Assembly: GCA_016235455.1 (NCBI GenBank)
Contig: JACRKZ010000148.1
Span: 1-37,811 of the forward strand
Direction of reading: 5' to 3'
DNA from: Armatimonadota bacterium
GTDB lineage: Bacteria; Armatimonadota; UBA10988
Length of the DNA stretch: 37,811 bases
The stretch's first letter is position 1. Each line of letters opens with the position of its first letter. Under the pieces are notes generated by a model, which was not told where the DNA came from, ran no database searches, and saw nothing but the letters and a program-made list of their open reading frames with translations. Position numbers and translations under genes: made by a program. Positions 19,329 through 27,200 of the stretch are shown piece by piece.

Positions 19329-20375
19329 TTGAGCAAGAAGCTACGTATGGGTGTCATCGGTCTGCGCATGGGCAAGAACCACGCCAAGGCCTACCAGACT
19401 CACCCAGGCAGCGAGTTGGTGGCCATCTGCGACATGGACAAGGATCTGCTGGCCGCCACTGGCGACGAGCTGGGCGTCGAGAAGCGCTACACCGACGCGG
19501 CCAAGATGATGAAGGACGCGAAGCTGGACGCGGTCAGCATCGCCACGCCCAACCGCTTCCACGCGCCGCTGAGCATCGCCGCGCTGGAGGCCGGGCTGCA
19601 CGTGCTGTGCGAGAAGCCCATGGCCATGAACGCGGCCGAGGCCGAGAAGATGAACAAGGCTGCGCTGAAGGCCAAGCGCAACCTGATGATCAACTTCTCG
19701 TACCGCTTCTCGGAGATGAGCTACGCCTTGAAGGACCAGGTGGACCGCGGCGCCGTGGGCGACATCTACTTCGGTCGCACCGTGTGGCATCGACGGCGCG
19801 GCATCCCCGGCTTCGGCGGCGCCTTCACCAACAAGGACCTGGCCGGCGGCGGCCCGCTGATCGACCTGGGCGTGCACCGGCTCGACCTGGCGCTGTGGCT
19901 CATGGGCTATCCCGAGCCCATCGCTGTCAGCGGCTCCACTTACGACCCCATCGCGCGGGCCAAGGCCGATGCCGCGGGCGCCACCTACACCGTGGAGGAC
20001 CTGGCCGCCGGCATCGTCAAGTTCGCCAACGGCGCCACGCTCATCGTCGAGGCCAGTTGGGCGCTCAACATCGAGGAGCGTGAGCACATGGTGACCCTGC
20101 TGTGCGGCACCAAGGGCGGCCTGGTGCAGAAGAACACCGGCGGCGGCTACAACTTCGTCGCCGAGCTCTACACCGACGAAGGCGGCAACCAGTTCACCAA
20201 GCGGCTCGACTGGAGCACGGAGCCCGTGCCCAGCTCGTATCACGAGTTCGTCGACAGCATCATCGCCAAGCGCCCACCCATGGCCACCGGCGAACAGGGC
20301 ATCAAGGTCATGAAGATCCTCGACGGCATCTACGAGAGCGCCGCCACGGGCCGCGAAGTGCGGTACGACAGGTAG
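19329..20375 (+). CDS. Gfo/Idh/MocA family NAD(P)-dependent oxidoreductase
   Basis: TTG start after GAGGAGAG; RMGVIGL, DAVSIATPN, HVLCEKPMA, GGGPLIDLGVHRLD. Confidence 0.93.
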   Translation: MSKKLRMGVIGLRMGKNHAKAYQTHPGSELVAICDMDKDLLAATGDELGVEKRYTDAAKMMKDAKLDAVSIATPNRFHAPLSIAALEAGLHVLCEKPMAMNAAEAEKMNKAALKAKRNLMINFSYRFSEMSYALKDQVDRGAVGDIYFGRTVWHRRRGIPGFGGAFTNKDLAGGGPLIDLGVHRLDLALWLMGYPEPIAVSGSTYDPIARAKADAAGATYTVEDLAAGIVKFANGATLIVEASWALNIEEREHMVTLLCGTKGGLVQKNTGGGYNFVAELYTDEGGNQFTKRLDWSTEPVPSSYHEFVDSIIAKRPPMATGEQGIKVMKILDGIYESAATGREVRYDR

Positions 20376-21850
20376 CCCCAAACCCATGGAGCGCAGCCGA
20401 ACGCGGCCGCGCTCCATGGGTACTGCGCCAGTTGGTCAGCTACCGGGCGGCGGCGGCGCCGACGGCAGGCTGCTCGGCCCGTCGATCTCGGTGACCACGA
20501 TGTCCACTGGTTGCCAGCCCTCGGCATAGCCGCGGAACAGCGCGCTGCCGTTGACCCGGTCGGCATCGGCGGCCGCCGCGACGGTGACATACTGCGGCGC
20601 GAACCAGTTGGTCGAAGTGAAGGTCAGGATCGTGCTGCCCGACAGTTGCAGGTCGGCATCGCCCGAGACCTTGGCCACGTTCACCGTCACCGCGCTGGCC
20701 GGCGGTCCGCCGAGCCGCACGGCGATGCTTCGTGAGCGCCCTTCGGGCACCGCGACCAGCACCGGGAAGGCCATCACGCAGCGGTTGATGTCTTCCTCGA
20801 TGGCGGTCACCGCGGCCGGCCGCCAGCCGGCGGCCGAGGCGGTGAAACAGGCCACGCCGTCCAGCGCGTCATCGTCGGCGGCGGCGGCCACGGTCACGGT
20901 CTGCGGCCGGTTCCAGTCGCCGGGCGAGAAGGCCAGGCGTGTGCTGGACACGACGTGCAGGCTGGTGTCGCCGGACTGCCGGCCGACGTCGACGAACGTG
21001 GTGGCGCCGGGCCGACCCGCCAACCGCACCGTGAACGTGCGACCGGCGCGTTCGGGCACGCGCAGCGTGCTCGGCGTGGCGAGTACGCGCGCGTCATCAT
21101 CCAGCTCGGTGGCCGTCGCCACCGCGGTGGACCAACCAACGGCACTGGCCTGGATTGCGGCCTGGCCGGCGGTGGCATCGACGTCGTGCGCGGCGGTGAT
21201 GGTCACCGGCTGGGCGATGTACCAGTTGCTCGGCGTGAAGGTCAGGCTGGCTGAGCCGCTCAGGTCGGTATCACCCGAGGCGCGCGCCACGGCGACGGTC
21301 ACGTTGGCTCCCGGCTGTCCGGCCAGGCTCACTCCCACCGTGCCGGTGCCGTTCTCGGGCACCACCACGGTGTTGGCCGCGAAGCGCAAGGCCCCGTCAT
21401 TGTCTACCTCCGTGACCTGCACATCGCTGGATGTCCAGCCAACGATCGAGACGCGGAGCGCGGCGGTGCCGTTGATGGCGTCGGTGTCGTCGAGCGCACT
21501 CACGGTCACCACGCGTGCCTTGTACCAGTCGGCGGGCGTGAAGACGAGGGTGGCGCTGGCGCGCAGGTCAGTGTCACCGCTCAAGCGGGCTACCGTGACG
21601 CTTACATCGCTTGCTGGCGGCCCGTTGAGGCTGACCCGGAGCGGGCGCGTGCCGCCTTCGGGCACAAGCAGGTTGCTGGCCGAGGTGACCAGGCGCAGAT
21701 CGTCATCGACCTCAGCGGCGGCCATGTCGGCTGACAACCAGCCGTCGGCCGAGGCGCGGAAGGTGGCCTTTGGCCATATCCACGTCCTGCTGGGCGCCAA
21801 TCGTCACCGCCTGGGCCTCTTGCCAGTTGCTCGTCGTGAAGGTGAGGTCG
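20376..21850. repeat. Direct duplication, copy 1 (stalk repeats, stop and terminator); partner at about 24219-25690
   Basis: Offset 3843 nt at the gene 3' ends. 20431-20785 vs 24274-24628 differ at about 6 positions by manual comparison; divergence increases further in. Confidence 0.9.
20382..20421 (-). terminator. Hairpin terminator, copy 1 (between convergent genes)
   Basis: 18-bp stem ACCCATGGAGCGC(A/G)GCCG with a 4-nt loop, fully paired on the minus strand with one G-U and followed by TTT. Confidence 0.65.
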
Positions 21851-23946
21851 ACACCGGACATCAGTTGCAGGCTGGAGTCGCCGGCCAGCCGACCGGTATG
21901 CACCGTGACGTCAGTGACTGGCTGGCGCGAGAGGCACAAGGCGAACGCCCGGTGTTCGCCCTCCGGGACTGTGAGGCGGGTCGGTGTCGCGACGATCTGG
22001 CTGAGGTCGTTGTCGATCTCCGTGGCGGTCACCGCGGCTCCGGTCCAGTCCTCTGCCTCGCAGCGGATGGTGGCCACACCGTCGATGGCGTCCGGGTCCT
22101 CGGCGGCTGCCAGCGTTACCGACTGCGGTTGGTCCCAGTTGTCGGGGGTGAAGAGCAGACCGGGGCTGTAGACGAGCACGCTGTCGGTGACAGTGTCGGT
22201 GCACCACAGGGTGCCGTCCGGCCCCTCGGCCACGCCAGTGGCGCCATGCAGGATGATCTTGCCGTCGTAGTCGCCGCTGATCGTTGCCCATTGCCCCTGC
22301 GGATCGCGCTTCCAGATGGAGGTCCTGTCGGCGATATAGAGGTCGCCACAGCGGCCAACCGCCAAGCCTGTGCCATACACGACTTTGCCTGATGGTGGAT
22401 TGACCGTGATCCAGTTGCCCATGGGGTCACGCCGAAGCAGGTCATAGCCGCAGGTTGCGTAGAGGGCGCCATCGACATCGAAGGCCAGGCTGCCGAACGT
22501 ACGGCCCAGATCCGTCGTCCTCCATGTGCCTGCATCTCGCCACCGCAGGCCCGACGAGTGGCTGCTCGCGACAATCGAGCCGTCAGGGCCGACGGCGACG
22601 TCAACAGGGTATTCGTGGCTGCCGTTGAGCGGCCAAGCGGTGCAAGTGCCCTCAGCGGCCCGGGCCTGCACCCGCCTGTTGTTGAAGTCAGCCACGTACG
22701 TGGTCCCGTTGCTGCCGCAAGCGATGCCATCCGGATAGGAGAGTTCGCCGTCGTTGGGGCCGTAGGAGCCCCAGGCCGTCCAGACGCCGTTGGCGTCACG
22801 CCGCTGCACGCGGCTGTTGGCCCTGTCGGTGACTGACACCGCGCCGTCTGAGGCGATGGTGATGTCAGACGGGTAGTGGAAGCTGCCGAGGGCGTCATCG
22901 GCCAAGCTGACCAAAGAACAGTGGCCATCGCCCAGTCGCAGGTTCTCGACGTCGAATCGGGTCCAGCCGTCAGCCACGTAGAGGCCGCCAACGCCGTCCG
23001 GCGCCAGCGCCGCGAACAACGCCGAGCTGCTGTAGGTGCGGGCCTTCCAGCCCGTCGACGCGTTCCACGCATGACAGGTGAACTCGTACCGCGATCCCAC
23101 CACCCATGCTACGTAGACGTTGCCCGCCTCGTCGGCGGTCATCGCAGAGACCGTCGCTTCCGGATCAACGCTGGGGTAACCAAACTCCTGCCACACACCC
23201 AGGGCGTCGCGCCGCAGCAGGCCCCTGGTCCGGTCGAGGACGTAGAAACAGCCGGAGCCGTCGAAGGCGATGCCGAGCGGCTGCGGGTTGAAGGCCGGCG
23301 CGCCCACATCGACAACAACCCACCGATCCGAGGAGTCGCGCATCTGGACGCTGCTGGCGCCGGCCACATAGAGCAGGCCAGCGTTGTCGACCGCGATATG
23401 GGCAGGATCGGGCACCCCACTCGGGAAGCTCGCCCACTGCCCGTTGGTGCGGCATACCTGGATGCATTGCCGTGCCGCGTCCGCGACGTATATCCCGCCG
23501 GCATTGTCCAGCGCCACGCTGGCACTACCGCCGAACCGACCAAGGCCGGCGCCCGGCTCGCCTATCCACCTCCAGTGTCCACTGGCGTCGCGCACATCGA
23601 TCCTCTGCCTTTGGCCGTCGAGCACGGCTAGCGTCCCCGCGGCGTTGGTGGCCAAAGCTATTGGCCTGACGGTGCTGCCTGCGCTGGCGCCGGAGACCGT
23701 CGACCACTGCGCGCCTGGCGACGCCACGGTGATGTCCTCATCGCCGGCCGTACGCCGCACCGATACCGCGACGTCATGCGTCGGTCGCTCCGACAGTCGC
23801 ACCGTGAACGAGGCGTCGCCACCTTCGTGCACGCCCACCGGAGTCTTGTCGACCACGATGTTCGCCGCTCGCCCACAGGCCAGGCTCAGGACGCAACAAC
23901 AGAAGACGAGCCAGGACCCCGGCCTGGCTGAGTGGATGTGATACAT
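20436..23946 (-). pseudogene. Secreted NHL-repeat beta-propeller plus Calx-beta-like repeat protein, frameshifted at about 21770
   Basis: ATG 23946 after GGGGAG; signal peptide; NHL motifs (GSFHYPSDITIASDGAVSVTDRANSRVQ, GELSYPDGIA...YVADFNNRRVQ); six ~100-aa xTFTxxNW repeats. ORFs 21712-24192 and 20436-21800 join if 5 nt are restored (about 1171 aa). Confidence 0.85.
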
Positions 23947-24023
23947 GATTGCTCCCCAAACGGGGCGGGCCCCCCAGACGCTTGCGCCAGGCGACCCACC
24001 AATGCCTATGACACAATGCCTTG

Positions 24024-24053
24024 AGTATACCCATAGTTCATGAGGCGAAACAA
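24024..24053 (-). promoter_or_regulatory. Putative promoter for the NHL/repeat gene
   Basis: Minus strand TTGTTT-18 nt-TATACT in an AT-richer patch. Confidence 0.4.
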
Positions 24054-24224
24054 AACGCGGGAACACTCCCTGTCGCGCAACTACGACACCCCGGGATCCG
24101 GGCCGCGCGAGAGACCCGTGACCGGGACCGCGCGGGGGCGCCAACGGCTGCCCGCCGACGAGCGTCGGCATCATCAAGATCCCCAGAGACAACCGCGACT
24201 CATCGGCACGACGAGGAGGCCCAA

Positions 24225-24264
24225 ACCCATGGAGCGCCGCCGCGAACGGCCGCGCTCCATGGGT
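24225..24264 (-). terminator. Hairpin terminator, copy 2
   Basis: Same stem as copy 1 with one mismatch; UUCG loop on the minus strand; followed by TTT; 14 nt after the stop of the C10 gene. Confidence 0.65.
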
Positions 24265-24278
24265 GCTCTGCCGGTTGG

Positions 24279-27200
24279 TCAGCTACCGGGCGGCGGCGGC
24301 GCCGACGGCAGGCTGCTCGGCCCGTCGATCTCGGTGACCACGATGTCCACCGGTTGCCAGCCCTCGGCATAGCCGCGGAACAGCGCGCTGCCGTTGACCC
24401 GGTCGGCATCGGCGGCCGCCGCGACGGTGACATACTGCGGCGCGAACCAGTTGGTTGAAGTGAAGGTCAGGATCGTGCTGCCCGACAGTTGCAGGTCGGC
24501 ATCGCCCGAGACCTTGCTCACGTTCACCGTCACCGCGCTGGCCGGCGGTCCGCCGAGCCGCACGGCGATGCTGCGCGAGCGCCCTTCGGGCACCGCGACC
24601 AGCACCGGGAAGGCCATCACGCAGCGGTCATTGTCCTCCTCGGTGGCGGTCACCGCCGCCGCTTGCCAGCCCGGCGACGAGGCACTGAAGTGGGCCACGC
24701 TGTCCAACACGTCGTCATCCTCGCTGGCGGCCACGGTGACGGTCTGCGGCCGGTTCCAGTCTGCAGGCGAGAAGGCCAGGCTGGCGCCCGACAGGACCCG
24801 CAGGCTCGAGTCGCCGGCCAGCCGGCCGACGTTGACGAACGTGGTGGCGCCCGGCCGGCCCGCCAGTTGCACGGTGAACGTGCGGCTGGCGCCTTCGGCC
24901 ACGCGCAGCGTGTTCGGCGTGGCCAGCACGCGCGCGTCATCATCCACCTCGGTGGCGGTCACCAGGGCAGTGGACCAACCGACCGCGCTGGCCTGGAACA
25001 CGGCCTGGCCGGCCAGGGCATCGATGTCGTGGACGGCGGCGATGGTGACCCGCTGGGCGACGTTCCAGTTGCTCGGCGTGAAGGTCAGGCTGGTGGAGCC
25101 GCGCAAGTCGGTGTCACCCGAGGCGCGCGCCACAGCCACGGTCACGTTGGCGCCCGGCTGGCCTGCCAGGCTCACTCCCACCGTGCTGGTGCCGTTCTCG
25201 TGCACCGCCACGGTGCTGGCCGAGAATCGCAACGCCCCGTCGTTGTCGACCTCCGTGACCTGCACCTCGCTCGACGTCCAGCCGACGGCTGAGATGCGGA
25301 GCGTGGCGGTGCCGTTGATGGCGTCGACATCGTCCACCGCGCTGACCGTTACCACGCGGGCCCTGTACCAGTCGGCGGGCGTGAAGACGAGGGTGGCGCT
25401 CGCGCGCAGGTCGGTGTCACCGCTCACGCGAGCCACGGTCACGACCACATCACTCGTCGGCTGCCCACCAAGGCTGAGCCTGAGCGGGCGGGTGCCGCCT
25501 TCGGGCACGAGCAGGCTGTCAGCCGAAGCGACCAGGCGCAGGTCGTCATCGACCTCGGTCACGGCCACATCGGCCGGCAACCAGCTCGTGGCCGCGGCGC
25601 GGAAGATGGCCTCGCCGTTGGCCACGTCGGCGTCTTGCTGCGCGCCGATCGTCACCGTCTGAGCCACGTTCCAGTTGCTCGGGCCGAATGTCAGGTTGGC
25701 GCCCGCGGTGACCTGCAGGCTGGTGTCACCGTGCGCGTAGCCGACACGGACCGCCACCTCACCGGCCGGCAGCCCGGCCAAGCGGACATTGAGCGACCGG
25801 CTGCCACCTTCGGGCACGCTCACCATCGTGGGCGTGGCGATGATGCGCAGGTCGTTGTCCACCTCGGTGGCCGTCACGTCGGCCGACATCCAGCCGGTGG
25901 CGCCAGCACGAAACACGGCTTCGCCGTTGGCCGCGTCGATGTCCTCCGTGGCGCTGAGGGTTACCAGGCGCGGCGTGTTCCAGTTCTCCGGCGAGAACAG
26001 CTGGTTCGCGCCGGCGGTCACGCTCAGACTGGAGTCGCCGCCCAGGCGGCCCACATAGACCGGCACCGAATCAGCGGGTCGACCGGCCAGGCTCAAGGCG
26101 AAGGTCCGCGTGCCGCCCTCGGGCACCGCCACCGCCACCGGCGTGGCCACGAGCCGCTTATCGTTGTCGAGGCAGACCGCGTGGACGCCGGCCCCGGTCC
26201 AGCCGGGTGCGGCCACGGCGATGTCGGCGCTGCCGTCGGCGGCGTCCTCATCCTCCGCGGCGCCGATGGTCACGGTCTGCGGCTCGTTCCAGTTGCTCGA
26301 CGTGAAGGTCAGGCTGCCACCAGCAATGGGTGACAGGCTGACGTCGCCGCTGGCGCGCGTCGTGGCAACCACCACATCCGCCGCGGGCTGACCGGCCAAC
26401 CGCACGGCGAACGTGCGACTGGCGCCCTCGCCGACGCTGAGCGACAGCGGCGAGACGTTCAAGCGGAGGTCGTTGTCCACCTCGGTGGCCACGACATCGG
26501 CCGGGCGCCACCCGGCAGCCGCCGCGCGGAGGGTGGCAGTGCCGGCGATGGCGTCGGCATCCTCGGCGGCTCGCACGGTGACCGTCTGGGCGGCGTTCCA
26601 GTTGCCGGTCGTGAAGGACAGCGCCGTGGCGCTGCTGATGCTGATGTCGGGGTCGCCCGTGAGCGACAGGGCCACGGTCGTCGTAGCCGCAGGCGCGCCG
26701 GCCAGGCGTACCGTGAAGGTCTGCGTGCCGTCCTCGGGCACACTGACCGAGGTGGGCGTGGCGACGATGCGGAGCTCGTCGTCCACCTCGTTGGCGTTGA
26801 TGTCGGCCACCTCCCAGCCCGTGGCGGAGGCGCGAATGACGGCCGCGCCGTTGACGGCGTCGGCATCCTGGGCGGCAGCCACGGTCACGCGCTGCGGCGC
26901 GCTCCAGTTGGTGGCGGTGAAGGTCAGCGCCGCGCCACCGGCCACGGCCAGGTCGCTGTCGCCACTGGCGCGCGCCACGGTGACGGCGACATCGCTCGCC
27001 GGTCGCGACGAGAGCGTCAGGTCAAATGCCACCGACGAGCCTTCGGGCACATCGATGGTGCCGACCGAGGCGAGCACCCGCGGCACGTCGTTGTCGCGCT
27101 CGTTGGCGGTCACGGTGGTGCCGGCGCAGTTGGGCGCGGACAGGTTGAACACCGCCGCGCCATCGGCCGTGTCGGTGTCTTCGGCGGCATTGATGGTCAC

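Noticed and set aside
22159-23709. NHL insert as an intein or an IS with a target-site duplication
   Set aside because: No intein-type C-terminal His-Asn junction, no transposase, and the flanking SPG codons differ (TCG CCA GGC vs AGC CCC GGT).
20376-25690. Duplication as a diversity-generating retroelement TR/VR pair or a CRISPR array
   Set aside because: Mismatches are not adenine-specific, no reverse transcriptase or cas gene is present, and there is no repeat-spacer periodicity.
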